A stretch of DNA of 64,000 bases from a virus (Duplodnaviria; Heunggongvirae; Uroviricota; Caudoviricetes): the IMG/VR virus record IMGVR_UViG_3300044551_000118. One strand, given 5' to 3'. The notes beneath the pieces were generated by a model. That model was not told the DNA's origin. It searched no databases and saw nothing but the letters and a program-made list of their open reading frames with translations. Positions 38,510 to 48,179 of the stretch are shown here, piece by piece. How positions within the stretch are numbered: position 1 is the stretch's first letter; every line of letters begins with the position of its first letter. The position numbers were made by a program, and so were the translations under genes.

Positions 38510-38842
38510 CTAATAAGAGACCGGCCTCGGGTCGTCCTCGAACCATGTGGCGTCTTCATCGCACTCGAAGCCGAGCGCCTTGAACTCCTCTGGAGTCTCG
38601 GCGGCTCCGCGCATGTCCGTAGGCACAATCCCGCCGTTCGGCCTATGGAAGAGCCTTACGCGCATGTCGAGAATCACGTCCTGATCAGGGTCGCACAGGC
38701 TCTCCAGTACGGGCAATGCCAGTCGTCGCGCCTCGCGATTATCCCTCGCGGCGACGAGGATGACCCATTCAGGGGAGTCTGGGCCATAGGCGTGGGCGCA
38801 GTACACGTGGTTGCCGGGATGACCGGCTTCAAGTCCGCTCAT
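38510..38842 (-). CDS. hypothetical protein
   Basis: Start chosen at MSGLEAG (internal). Weak support. Confidence 0.3.
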   Translation of the reverse strand: MSGLEAGHPGNHVYCAHAYGPDSPEWVILVAARDNREARRLALPVLESLCDPDQDVILDMRVRLFHRPNGGIVPTDMRGAAETPEEFKALGFECDEDATWFEDDPRPVSY

Positions 38843-38971
38843 GACCACTCCTCCTCGCTCTCGAAGAGCCTGTCGAATTCGGGGCACAGATGCCGCAGCC
38901 GCTTCGTCTCGCGCCAAGCATCCGCGCCAGCCGATCCGTCGGTGAAATCATCATGCCCGACGGTATGCGTC

Positions 38972-40246
38972 TCAGGCGAACGGCAGCAGATGCGCCAGCA
39001 GCAGTCCTGCGTACGTGAGAGCAGTCAGCCCCATGATGTCCATGTTCAGCCGCCGTTCGTCGTATGTGCGCAGTCCTCCACCCGGCATAAGCATCGCGGC
39101 CAGCGGCAGCACCGGCGCGAAGTACCGGCTCTGCATCCCCTCGGCATACCCTCCCGGAGTGCCGAGCCATGTGGAGACCATCGCCAGTACGGTCAGTGCG
39201 AGGAACGCGCACAGCGTGGCGCCTGCGGCCCATCGCATCGAGCACGGCGCATGGCGCGCGGCGCCGATGCCCGCGAGCACGAACGCCACGAGGATGGGCG
39301 CCATGACCGGCAGCGGCAGCAGCGCGAATTCGCTGCCGGTCACCAGCTGCACGTTGCGCGTGATATTCCGCCCGCCCTCGACCGTGGAGACGTCCAATGG
39401 CTGGACGAGGCTGCGGCCTACGGATTCAAACAGCAGCACGGGATGGGAGAGCAGCTGATGCTGCGCGGCGGCGACGCCTGCGACATCCTTCACGCCGGGG
39501 GCTATCATCCGCGTGGCGTGGCGCCAGAGCAGCGCGGGAGCCAGCGCCGCGAGCGCGGGCAGGGCGAGCAGCGCGTTCCGCAGGGCGTCCCCGCGCTTCA
39601 GGCAGACGGCGAGCAGGACGAGCAGCGCCAGGTTCGTGGGCTTCGTGGCGCCCAGCATGGCGGCGCACGCGGTCAGAGCCGCAAGCGACCACGGCCAGCG
39701 GCGTCCGGAGTCTTTCAGATGCAGCGCCAGGGCGATGAACAGGAACGCGACGGACGTGTTCACGGCGTCCGCAGTGGGATAGAGATAAGAGAGGAACACG
39801 GTCGGCATCAGGGCGGCCATCGCCATGAGCATCGCCAGCCGCCCGCTCAGAGCGATGGCCAGAGCAGTGAGGGCCGCGCAGCACAGCAGCGTCAGGGCCG
39901 AGGCGATATGGTAATGCCCGGGCGCGAGCGCCGAGGGGAAGTAGAGGAGCGGCGAGTAGACAGACGTGTTGTTGAACTGCAGGAAGCCGCCGTGCACGTC
40001 GATCGAGCCGTACTGCGCGGGATTGGCGGGGTTGGGCAGCGCCCTCAACTGCCCGGATGCTATCTGACAGGCGCGCCACCAGTGTTGCCCCTCGTCGTTG
40101 CGCGACGGCCTGCGATCGAAGAGGATGAGCGTCATGCCGCACAGGGCCGCGAACAGGAAGTACAGGCCGGCGATGCGGATGGGCATATGGCACGCGCCGG
40201 TGCGCTCGCCCAATGCGTGCCGGGGGATAGACTCTTCGATTCTCAT
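38972..40246 (-). CDS. polytopic membrane protein (DUF2142 / glycosyltransferase-87-like topology)
   Basis: At least 10 predicted TM helices with large Ala/Leu-rich hydrophobic segments. Start chosen at MRIEES; other in-frame Mets at 40258 and 40186. Confidence 0.55.
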   Translation of the reverse strand: MRIEESIPRHALGERTGACHMPIRIAGLYFLFAALCGMTLILFDRRPSRNDEGQHWWRACQIASGQLRALPNPANPAQYGSIDVHGGFLQFNNTSVYSPLLYFPSALAPGHYHIASALTLLCCAALTALAIALSGRLAMLMAMAALMPTVFLSYLYPTADAVNTSVAFLFIALALHLKDSGRRWPWSLAALTACAAMLGATKPTNLALLVLLAVCLKRGDALRNALLALPALAALAPALLWRHATRMIAPGVKDVAGVAAAQHQLLSHPVLLFESVGRSLVQPLDVSTVEGGRNITRNVQLVTGSEFALLPLPVMAPILVAFVLAGIGAARHAPCSMRWAAGATLCAFLALTVLAMVSTWLGTPGGYAEGMQSRYFAPVLPLAAMLMPGGGLRTYDERRLNMDIMGLTALTYAGLLLAHLLPFA

Positions 40247-40370
40247 GACCGCTCGCATGCGTCGGACGTAGGGCGCGAGGTTATCGCTACTGCATACAAG
40301 CGAAGGCCCGCGACTGATTCCTTGCAAAGAAGTCAGGCGCGGGCCTTCGCTATCATGTCCTCTATTGCGC

Positions 40371-40724
40371 CTACTGCGCAGACAACACCTCAGGCCACTT
40401 GTCCTCGGCGATGCTCTCGCACTGCTCCTTCGAGGGCGCGTAGACCCAGCCCTCTCCGACCACAGGCCCGTCTTCGCAGACGCCCCGGTAGTCGGGTCCC
40501 AGACAGACGGCTTCGCAGAAGCCGCGTTCCATCGACCAGAGGTCGCCCAGGCCGGCATCCGTCAGCACCGTGAGTCCTTCGATGAAATAGCGCTCGTACT
40601 CGCCCGGGGACGAGGCCTTCACCCGCGCCGCGATGCGCCTGGCGTCCTCCGCGCTCGCGCACGCGCAGATCGTGCGGAACTCCTCGCCCGTGTCGCCGGA
40701 TATCAGATAGATCCTATCGGGCAC
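40371..40724 (-). CDS. hypothetical protein
   Basis: 117 aa with several Cys. High GC3. Confidence 0.4.
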   Translation of the reverse strand: MPDRIYLISGDTGEEFRTICACASAEDARRIAARVKASSPGEYERYFIEGLTVLTDAGLGDLWSMERGFCEAVCLGPDYRGVCEDGPVVGEGWVYAPSKEQCESIAEDKWPEVLSAQ

Positions 40725-40845
40725 GATGCCGCCTCTTCCTTCGTCAGACGTTCTCTATGCGATACGGACCGATCAGCGCATGGCGCGCGGCGAACAGAAG
40801 CGGGTCGTCGAGGAAGAACGCCAGGTCCGACATGCTTGCGCAGCA

Positions 40846-41637
40846 TTACGGCCTCCATTCCATAGGGCTGTTCACGGCCCTGAATGTCCGTTCGTCGCCG
40901 TCCGCCTCCATCAGGAGCATGCTCCCGTCGCCGATAGGCTCGCCGTCCGGCGTGGCGCTCATCGTGTCGCAGAAGAAGAGCGACCCGGAGCTGCGCACGG
41001 TCGGCATGGGCGTGTGGCCCACTACCTGCGGATATCGCCTGTCGCCGAACGCCATCAGCTCCCCGGCGTCCGTCCAGAGCGGCGAGGGGACGGCATTCTC
41101 TGCTCCGCCGCGAGCCGGGCCGACATCGCACATGAGCGAAGGCAGACGGAACGCGCCGAGGATGAAGAGATTGAGCAGGGATGCGATCTCATCCGGCGTA
41201 TCCTCGCCATGCCCGTGCGCATCCAGCCACTGGCGGGTGACGCCCGCGTGCGTAGCCAATACCTTGCCATCCGACCATGCGACCTTGGGGCAAAGCTCGG
41301 CCATGACCGACTCGTGGATGTGCCGGTAGGCTCCGGGGCGGAAGCCCGGGCAAAGGCCCGCGTCGCGCAGCTCGCGGCACTGAGTGCGCCCCACGACGTA
41401 GGGGATGTCGTGGTTGCCGAGAAGGTACACGCTCTCGCAGGGCAGCTGGCGCGTCCATCGCACCAGCGCGTCGTACGCCTCTATCTGCCGCTTGTTCGAG
41501 ATATTCCAGTCGTCCATGTAGTCGCCGAGGAACACCATGCGGTCGGCTGCGGTGATGCGGGCCAAGTGACAGGCCCGCTGCATCGCGAGATCGGACTTGG
41601 CATGGATGTCGCCCACGAAGAGCGTGCGCTCAGACAT
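40846..41637 (-). CDS. calcineurin-like metallophosphoesterase
   Basis: Motifs GDIHAK (GDxHG-like), GDYMDD (GDxVDRG-like) and GNHD, in the canonical order of the PPP/ApaH-type phosphoesterase fold. Confidence 0.75.
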   Translation of the reverse strand: MSERTLFVGDIHAKSDLAMQRACHLARITAADRMVFLGDYMDDWNISNKRQIEAYDALVRWTRQLPCESVYLLGNHDIPYVVGRTQCRELRDAGLCPGFRPGAYRHIHESVMAELCPKVAWSDGKVLATHAGVTRQWLDAHGHGEDTPDEIASLLNLFILGAFRLPSLMCDVGPARGGAENAVPSPLWTDAGELMAFGDRRYPQVVGHTPMPTVRSSGSLFFCDTMSATPDGEPIGDGSMLLMEADGDERTFRAVNSPMEWRP

Positions 41638-41639
41638 TC

Positions 41640-42286
41640 TCCTGCCTTTCGTTGAGCGTGATGACGTCCCATCGCGTGTATATGGCTGTCACCTGGCCCG
41701 ACGGAGCGACCTTGCCGCCCGCCCGGTCGATGATGCAGAGCATCGTGCGCCCCTCGTTCGGCTCCGCCGCGTACGCATCGGCGGGCCATTCGCTGTAGTC
41801 GCCGCCGACGTAGACGCGGAACGGCTTTCATCGTCGCGCCGTCCCCTCGAATTCGAGGTTATTGACGTACAGGGTGGCCTGCCCATCGTGGATGCGGAGT
41901 TTTCCGGCGCTGGGACGACCGTCCGGGAGATGCAGCCAGACTCGCTGCACGCTGGCGTCCGTGTACCCGTCCCATCCTTCGAGGCCGGTGACATGGTAGG
42001 CGTCCTCGACCTTCGAGATGTTGGTTTCCGCGATGCGCTTGTTCTCCGGCTGCCGGATGATGCCGCGCACGCCGAAGAACAATCCCGCGAGGACTCCAAC
42101 GCCCGCTAGGGCGGCGATAATGAAACGAATGGCTATTTTTCCCCTATGCGAGTCGAACTTAAGCTCAGGCAGAATCATGAACAGTACCATCCCGGCGAAT
42201 GCGATGAAGAACGCGGCCGCCAGTCCCGGCGCTATCGCATTGGCGGCGGATGCCGTCTGCTGGATTTCGGCTGATGCGAGCGTCAT
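41640..42286 (-). pseudogene. membrane-protein gene interrupted by an in-frame TGA (stop at 41828..41830)
   Basis: The 152-aa ORF 41828..42286 (two or three TM helices) continues in the same frame after TGA as KPFRVYVGGDYSEWPADAYAAEPNEGRTMLCIIDRAGGKVAPSGQVTAIYTRWDVITLNERQENV, whose stop overlaps the phosphoesterase ATG (ATGTCTGA). Confidence 0.45.
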
Positions 42287-42540
42287 GACTTGGCCTCCGC
42301 ATCCGGATACCGCTGCGCGAATTCCGCATCGTCGAAGAGGAGTATGGATTCGATCTCGCCATACGGGATCATCATGAGCACGTCCACCTCCGGACCTTCA
42401 TGGGACATGAAGTTCCTGAAGCAGGCGGGGTCCTCCACGATGCGACCTATGGGGCGGAAAGACAGGAAGTGTTCGTCCTCGCCGTATCCGTCCGCGACGA
42501 GGACGCGGCTGCGGCTCCTGACATTGACGAGGATCCTCAT
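42283..42540 (-). CDS. hypothetical small protein
   Basis: 85-aa C-terminal part of a longer Arg-rich ORF. Start chosen at MRILVNV. Coupled to the upstream gene. Confidence 0.35.
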   Translation of the reverse strand: MRILVNVRSRSRVLVADGYGEDEHFLSFRPIGRIVEDPACFRNFMSHEGPEVDVLMMIPYGEIESILLFDDAEFAQRYPDAEAKS

Positions 42541-43073
42541 TCCGTCCCCTTCGGCGCTCCGGGCAGCAGCCGCTGCATCACGCGGCCGAAGGATTCGAGC
42601 GCGAACGGGCGGGACTCCGCGCCGCCCGCGAGCTTGACGGTCACGCCGCCCCTGCGTCCCGGCTTCCACGCCACGCCATCTGGGATGGCCCCGTCGTGCG
42701 CGGCGATGGACTTGGACAGCCACGCGGGGCTGGTGACCTCGGGCACCGGGTAGTTCACGGTGATGACGCTCGGGCGTCCGCCCACGGTGATGTGGTGCTC
42801 CACGAGGAAGTCGCCGAACGCCAGTGGGTCGGACACCTCGTATCTGCCCTCGCCGTCCTTGGACACGCTGATGGTCGCGGAGGGGGCGCCGTCGAACACG
42901 GCGTCCTCGCTCTCGGAGTCCGCATCGTGCGTGCGCAGGTACTCGGCCTTCGCGGCCTTGAACGCGCCGTCGATGCGCTTGGAGAGGATCTGCATGCCCG
43001 CCATCGCGGCGCGCAGCTGGTCTTCGGAGAGGTCGGAGAAGTCGAACTCGTCCGCCTTGGTCTTCTTGGTCAT
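42537..43073 (-). CDS. hypothetical protein (coiled-coil N-terminus)
   Basis: 178 aa beginning MTKKTKADEFDFSDLSEDQLRAAMAGMQ. High GC3. Confidence 0.45.
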   Translation of the reverse strand: MTKKTKADEFDFSDLSEDQLRAAMAGMQILSKRIDGAFKAAKAEYLRTHDADSESEDAVFDGAPSATISVSKDGEGRYEVSDPLAFGDFLVEHHITVGGRPSVITVNYPVPEVTSPAWLSKSIAAHDGAIPDGVAWKPGRRGGVTVKLAGGAESRPFALESFGRVMQRLLPGAPKGTE

Positions 43074-43149
43074 GGCTCTTTTCCTTTCGATGGGCAGAAT
43101 CGCCTATGATTCCTACATGCGTCCTATTCGCGCAATCCTGTGACGCATA

Positions 43150-43714
43150 TGCGTATCCAGCGCGCGACGTCAACGTTCTCCATAAAGACGATGGCGGCGG
43201 CAGAAGCCCCTTACTGCTTCGTAACGGACCGGGCCAGCGCCGCGCGCATTGCTTTCCTTCGGGACGCATACGAAACACTGCGCGGCGTCAACGTCGCTGC
43301 GTCGAATGGTTTCAACAGCATTCGGCGCGGAGCGATGGCGGGGAGCAGCCCGATCGATCACCTCGGCAAGCCACGACCCCCGCCAGCGCCGCGCCTTTTC
43401 CTCTTATCGGACGCATAGCGCGTATCGCACGGCGTCAACGTCGCCGCCGCGGATCCTTTGAGACAGTCCGTGGGCGGATCGATGGCGGGGATAGGACGAT
43501 TTAGACAACCTTTTTCGTCTGCTGAAGCCCCGCCAGCGCCGTGCATTTTCCTTATCGGACGCATAGGCATTATCAGAACGCGGCGTCAACGCCGCTGCCC
43601 TGCGGGCTTTACGGGATCATTCACTCGCGGGATTGCAGAACGATGGCGGGCGAGGATGGTCTGATAACCTTCCACCCGATGACCCCGCCAGCGCCGCGCT
43701 CTTCCTCTTTTCAG
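43150..43714. repeat. tandem array of four ~120-150-bp non-coding direct repeats
   Basis: Unit starts near 43150, 43270, 43417 and 43565. Conserved blocks per unit: GCGxCGTCAACG, GATGGCGGG, CCCGCCAGCGCCGCGC and TTTCCTxTTATCGGACGCATA. Confidence 0.6.
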
Positions 43715-44404
43715 AATTCCGGCTCGTCCGGGTCTGCGATGAACGAGCCGCGCACCTCCCTGATGCCCGCCAGCCTCTTCCAGACACCCTCGGGGATGTC
43801 CACTCGCTCGCCGTTCGGCCCGTCCACGCGCTTCACGCCCCAGATGCCCACCAGCGCCGCGTCGTGCAGCGCGTGGGAGAAGTCCGGGCCGCTCACAGGC
43901 AGCGCTCCGGGGATAGCCCAAGCGTTGAACGGGGCATCTAGGGGATCGAGCGTGGGGCGCGGATGCTCGGGGGGCTGGTATCGCTTCGGCGCGACGGCGA
44001 GCAGCGCATGCGCGAACTCGACCGGCATCTCGCGGGCGACGTGCGCGACTGTCTCAAGGGACAGGGCGCGGGCCATGGCCTCGTCGCCGTCCATGCCCCG
44101 GACGTGCAGCGCCGAGGCGAATGCGGCGGCCGTGGCGAACGGCATTCCGTTCAGGCCCAGCGCCCCGTAGCGAGAGCGCAGCCACGACCATGACTCGCCG
44201 TCGTCCTCAGGCACGCGACAGGGAACATCCGGCAGGAACTCGAAGTACGGGCGCCAACTCAGCTCGCCCTCATGCATCGCCGCATCCCGCTCGCGCCCGT
44301 GGCCCGGCTGCTCCGCGCGATGCATGGCGATGGCGGCGTCCGCCGCGCGGAGCAGCCCGTCGTCGGCGGAGGAGAGCGCGAAGCCGTTGAAATCTATGGT
44401 CAGC
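43711..44404 (-). CDS. hypothetical protein
   Basis: Start chosen at MLTIDFNGF (internal Met of the 247-aa ORF). No recognised motif. Confidence 0.4.
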
Positions 44405-44483
44405 ATGGACTGCGATATGCGTCGGAAGACGCCAGCGGCCCGTGCAGGAGACATCCCGCACGGGCCGCTCTGTTCGATGTCTT

Positions 44484-45683
44484 CTAGGCTTCCTGCTCCT
44501 CCATGCTCACGTCGATGTAGCCGTCCTGCGCGTGGTAGTCATGCATCGCATCGACGTCATAGGAGGTGTACTGCTCTCCGGCCTCGCGGCACAGCCGCAT
44601 GGCGCGGCGGGTCTCTTTCGAGGGCACGAGCATATCCGTCTGCGCCCCCGTCAGCTCCTCGCCCGCGTCGTAGCGGCGCTGCACGTCGTCGAAGACGGCC
44701 TGTATCTGCGCATCGGTGGCGGAGCCGCCGAGCTCGAAGACGGCGGCACGACGCGCACGCCCCTCTGGGGAATTGACCCCTCGGACAATCGCATCATGCA
44801 TGCCCGGAGTCGCGTACGCCCTGCCCTTCGGCGGATGGACGGTGATGTGGGCCTGCCAGCCGGTGCCGTAGTCGTCGGTGCGGCAGCTGACCTTGTAATC
44901 CGCCGGTATCTCGCCGCGCCTCTGGAGGGCCTTGATGTCGCGCCGCATGCCTTTGACCCGCTCGGCGGGGGAGAGATGCGAGTCGTAGCGCCCGCCCGTG
45001 AAGGCCGTGCCGCCGGTCTGGCCCACGGTGGTCGTCCCCGGCTTGATGGGGTTGGGGATGCCGGAAAGCTCTCCCTTGATGTAGTGCGCGGCATCGTCCG
45101 CGTTTGTGAAATGCCTGGAATCCGCGTCGTTCCAGTAATCCTTGTCATCCTCGTGCACCTCGACGGAGCACGCCCCGCCCAGATGCTCGACGGCCACCAG
45201 ATGCGTGCCGTCGCCCTTGTCGAAGAAGCGCCTGAAGTCGGTGCCCGCCCGGCGGGAGCCGTCCTCCCTGAGGCCGAGCTCCGCGAAATCATCCGGCGGC
45301 GCTTCGATGGGGCGGGAGCTTCCCCCCAGCTGGACCGCGATGTAGGTCGCCGCCTCGAACGCGGTTGCGAAGTGGTTGGAGTTCACGGCGTTCTGGTAGT
45401 CGTCATCGTCTGCCGTGCGCAGCTCGACATCGCAGCTCCCGTCCGCGTTATCGGTGGCCCACAGCTGCTCGCCGTCTCCCTTGGCGAAGGACCGCCTGAG
45501 CTGGTTGCCGCTATTCCAGACATCCTCCGCTTCGAGGCCATACTCCTCGAAGACGTCCTGCGGCCCCTGTGCTGCGGATGCACCGAGGCTCGGCAGGTCG
45601 CCTGCGCCCGCGTTGCCCTTGCTGTCAAACTCGCCGCCCGTGCTTGCGGGCGATCCTTTCGGTTTCCTTGCCTGATTGCTCAT
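44484..45683 (-). CDS. hypothetical protein carrying the shared N-terminal module (family member 2) and an internal tandem domain duplication
   Basis: N-terminus MSNQARKPKG-[8-aa insert]-EFDSKGNAGAGDLPSL. Two consecutive ~95-aa repeats (FAKGDGEQLWATDNADGSCDVEL...HFATAFEAATYIAVQLGG / FDKGDGTHLVAVEHLGGACSVEV...HFTNADDAAHYIKGELSG). Confidence 0.55.
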   Translation of the reverse strand: MSNQARKPKGSPASTGGEFDSKGNAGAGDLPSLGASAAQGPQDVFEEYGLEAEDVWNSGNQLRRSFAKGDGEQLWATDNADGSCDVELRTADDDDYQNAVNSNHFATAFEAATYIAVQLGGSSRPIEAPPDDFAELGLREDGSRRAGTDFRRFFDKGDGTHLVAVEHLGGACSVEVHEDDKDYWNDADSRHFTNADDAAHYIKGELSGIPNPIKPGTTTVGQTGGTAFTGGRYDSHLSPAERVKGMRRDIKALQRRGEIPADYKVSCRTDDYGTGWQAHITVHPPKGRAYATPGMHDAIVRGVNSPEGRARRAAVFELGGSATDAQIQAVFDDVQRRYDAGEELTGAQTDMLVPSKETRRAMRLCREAGEQYTSYDVDAMHDYHAQDGYIDVSMEEQEA

Positions 45684-45691
45684 GATGCCCT

Positions 45692-45973
45692 CTATGCGAA
45701 CCGGAGCTGGCGATACGGCCCGTACGCCTCGATGAGGCTGGCGGGCACCACGTCCAGACGGGCCAAGCGATTGCGCTCCGATATCCATGTGACATGGGGC
45801 ATCTCCGCTTCGCGGTAGAGGCCGGGCGCCAGATGCTTCGCGTTCCCCTCTTCATGCCGGGCGACGACCAGCTCGGTGCGGTCGCCCTCGGCGAGGTAGA
45901 GGTGTCCGTCCGGAGTGCGGTAGGCGCGCTGGCGGGTGTTGCGGATGAGATAGGGAGTCGGGTAGGTCTTCAT
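45692..45973 (-). CDS. hypothetical small protein immediately upstream of family member 2
   Basis: 93 aa, ending 9 nt before the downstream start. Confidence 0.4.
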   Translation of the reverse strand: MKTYPTPYLIRNTRQRAYRTPDGHLYLAEGDRTELVVARHEEGNAKHLAPGLYREAEMPHVTWISERNRLARLDVVPASLIEAYGPYRQLRFA

Positions 45974-46023
45974 GTCCCGAGGAATGCGTCCTGCAGCAGA
46001 ATCGCTTCGAGCAGGGCAGGCAT

Positions 46024-46256
46024 GCCGTCCTATGGCTTTCCTAAGAGGACCCCCGAAAACCCCCTATATATCCTATTATCCCCCTATAATCCATAGGACG
46101 GTATGTATAGGGGGTTTAATACTTACTCGCAGTAGGGCTCAGGGCGTCCTATGGCCCATAGGACACCGTATGATCCATAGGACGTTTCCGCTGTTTTCGA
46201 AGCCGAAAAGCCGCAAAACGTCCTATGGATCATACGGCGTCCTTTCGCGCGCATGC
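46024..46256 (-). repeat. divergent variant of the structured repeat element (copy 6)
   Basis: Same block order as the inverted 16538-type element, but the GCATATGC/CCGTATGC units are replaced by TCCTATGG/CCATAGGA units. The ...cccccgaaa..., ...gcagtaggg... and ...gttttcg...gaaaa... blocks are retained. Confidence 0.5.
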
Positions 46257-46477
46257 CGCTTTTCGCCGACGCATAACCTGACTTAACCCCCGCGCGAAGC
46301 CTGCCCGAGGCGCCATGTCGTTCCACATCGTTTCTGGCGCCGACGGGCCTTCGCGTGGGGCGCCTCGTATCCGGATAGGGGAAAGCGCGGCAGCTGCCGG
46401 TCCACTGGCCGTACGTTTCCTCGATGAGCTGCGACGCTATTGTCGGCAATCCGTCCCATCCGCGCATAGACATCCAT

Positions 46478-46774
46478 ATGTCTGCAACAAACATCGCCGC
46501 CACCGGATGGCGCGCATTCTGGGCCAACCTTCTCAATCCCGGCACCATGAGCCTTTTCATCGCCGTGGTGCTGTTCATCGTGCTGCTCGGCTTCGTGTTC
46601 CGCAACACCGTCAGCGCCTTCAGTTTTGCGCTCCGCGCCGGGGCCTTCGTGCTCGCCGCATGCATGGTCATCGGCTTCGCCGGCGTGCTGGGCATCACGT
46701 TCAATGGGCTGGCCCCGATAGTCAACTGGCTCCTGGAGATCGTGCACGCCCCGCTCTACATGCCGGAGGCCTGA
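46478..46774 (+). CDS. hypothetical membrane protein
   Basis: Three predicted TM helices. Start chosen at MSATNIA. Confidence 0.4.
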   Translation: MSATNIAATGWRAFWANLLNPGTMSLFIAVVLFIVLLGFVFRNTVSAFSFALRAGAFVLAACMVIGFAGVLGITFNGLAPIVNWLLEIVHAPLYMPEA

Positions 46775-46780
46775 CCCATC

Positions 46781-47779
46781 ATGGCGAATCGCAGAAGCGG
46801 ATCCTCCGGCGGGATCGGATGGTTCATGGGGTTCCTGGGCACCCTGTTCGCGGTGTGCTGCCTGATGGTGGTGCTCGTCTCCTCGGGCATGTGGCGCACC
46901 CTCGTCGAGACGTTCGGCATCGGCGACGGCGGCGCATCCACATCTCAGCTGACGACGCCCGCCCCCGCGCCCACGCGAGAGTCGGGGGCGAAGACGCCCG
47001 CGCAGTGGCTCTCCGAGCTCTTCGGCCAGGCGACGGGAGCGGCTCCCGAGGCGCCCGCTCCGGCCCTGACGGCGAAGCCGGGCGCCATCCCGTCCATGCC
47101 CAAGGTCGCGATTCCCTCCATTCCCGCGCCCTTGGCCCCGGCGAACGGCTGGGGCGGGCATATCGCCGCCTATAACGCGGCGCTGGGGCAGCTCAATGGC
47201 ATCGCGGTCGCCAAGCCTGCGATAGGCGGATACAATCGCGACGCGCAGTTCGGCGGCTGGGCGAACAGCGCCGCCCTGTGCGGCAAGGGCACGACCCGCG
47301 ACGCCATATTGAAGCGTGATCTGATAGGGGCGACCTCGGACAAGGACTGCCAGGTGACGCTGGGGCTGCTCCACGACCCGTACACGGGCGCGGACATCCC
47401 CTTCAAGCGCGGCACCGGCACTAGCGCCGCCGTGCAGATAGATCATGTCGTCGCCCTGCTCGACGCCTACGGCTCGGGGGCGCGCAGCTGGTCCCAGGCC
47501 AAGCGAGTGCAGTACGCGAACGATCCCGACGTCCTTCTCGCCGCCGACGGGCCGGCGAACATGTCCAAGGGCGCAGGCCTCGACTTCAACGGCACGGCCC
47601 AGTACCGCGCCCAAGGCACGGTCGCGCCCGATGTGTGGATGCCGGACAACAAGGCATATAGGTGCGATTATATGACCAAGCGCGTGAATATTAAAGCCAA
47701 GTACGGCCTGACGATGACGGCGCGCGAGAAGCAGCAGACAGTGCAATACATCGCGGCATGCGCCGCAGGGAAGAACTGA
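46781..47779 (+). CDS. membrane-anchored DUF1524/HNH-like (His-Me finger) nuclease-domain protein
   Basis: N-terminal TM, then a Pro/Ala linker. C-terminal 'VQIDHVVALLDAYGSGA...DPDVLLAADGPANMSKGAG' matches the GmrSD-C/DUF1524 nuclease signature. Confidence 0.55.
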   Translation: MANRRSGSSGGIGWFMGFLGTLFAVCCLMVVLVSSGMWRTLVETFGIGDGGASTSQLTTPAPAPTRESGAKTPAQWLSELFGQATGAAPEAPAPALTAKPGAIPSMPKVAIPSIPAPLAPANGWGGHIAAYNAALGQLNGIAVAKPAIGGYNRDAQFGGWANSAALCGKGTTRDAILKRDLIGATSDKDCQVTLGLLHDPYTGADIPFKRGTGTSAAVQIDHVVALLDAYGSGARSWSQAKRVQYANDPDVLLAADGPANMSKGAGLDFNGTAQYRAQGTVAPDVWMPDNKAYRCDYMTKRVNIKAKYGLTMTAREKQQTVQYIAACAAGKN

Positions 47780-47786
47780 GGAATCC

Positions 47787-48179
47787 TTGGCATCACTCAT
47801 CGCGCAGTGCAATCAGGCCCTTGAGGCCGCCGGCTGGCAGCCGAAGGACAACAGGGATTACTTCACGAAGTGGCATGGAAGGATGGTGCGCGTGCTCATC
47901 ATCGCGGCGTGGGCCGAGGACAGGCACTACGGCGAGCTCATCATCCGGCGCGCGGAGTGCGAATCCTCCGCCCGGCCCGACCAGATGCGGCACATGGCCG
48001 CGTTCGCAGACACTGAGGCGATTCATTTAGGCGAGTGCGAAGGGAGTGCGGATGCGCTGACGAAGCTCCTGACCGGCCTCGACTACTGGTCGGAGCAGAA
48101 TCCGTTCCATGACTCCGCAGAGAAGAGGAATGCCGATATGGCGCTGTTCCGAAGGGGAAGCGCTGCAAGAAAAGGATAG
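47787..48179 (+). CDS. hypothetical protein
   Basis: 130 aa with natural composition. Confidence 0.45.
   Translation: MASLIAQCNQALEAAGWQPKDNRDYFTKWHGRMVRVLIIAAWAEDRHYGELIIRRAECESSARPDQMRHMAAFADTEAIHLGECEGSADALTKLLTGLDYWSEQNPFHDSAEKRNADMALFRRGSAARKG

Noticed and set aside
41828-41830. Selenocysteine recoding as an explanation for the in-frame TGA
   Set aside because: The local context (...EGTARR-TGA-KPFRVY...) is not a Cys-like redox motif, and I could not identify a SECIS-like hairpin immediately downstream. Pseudogene or sequencing error is more parsimonious.
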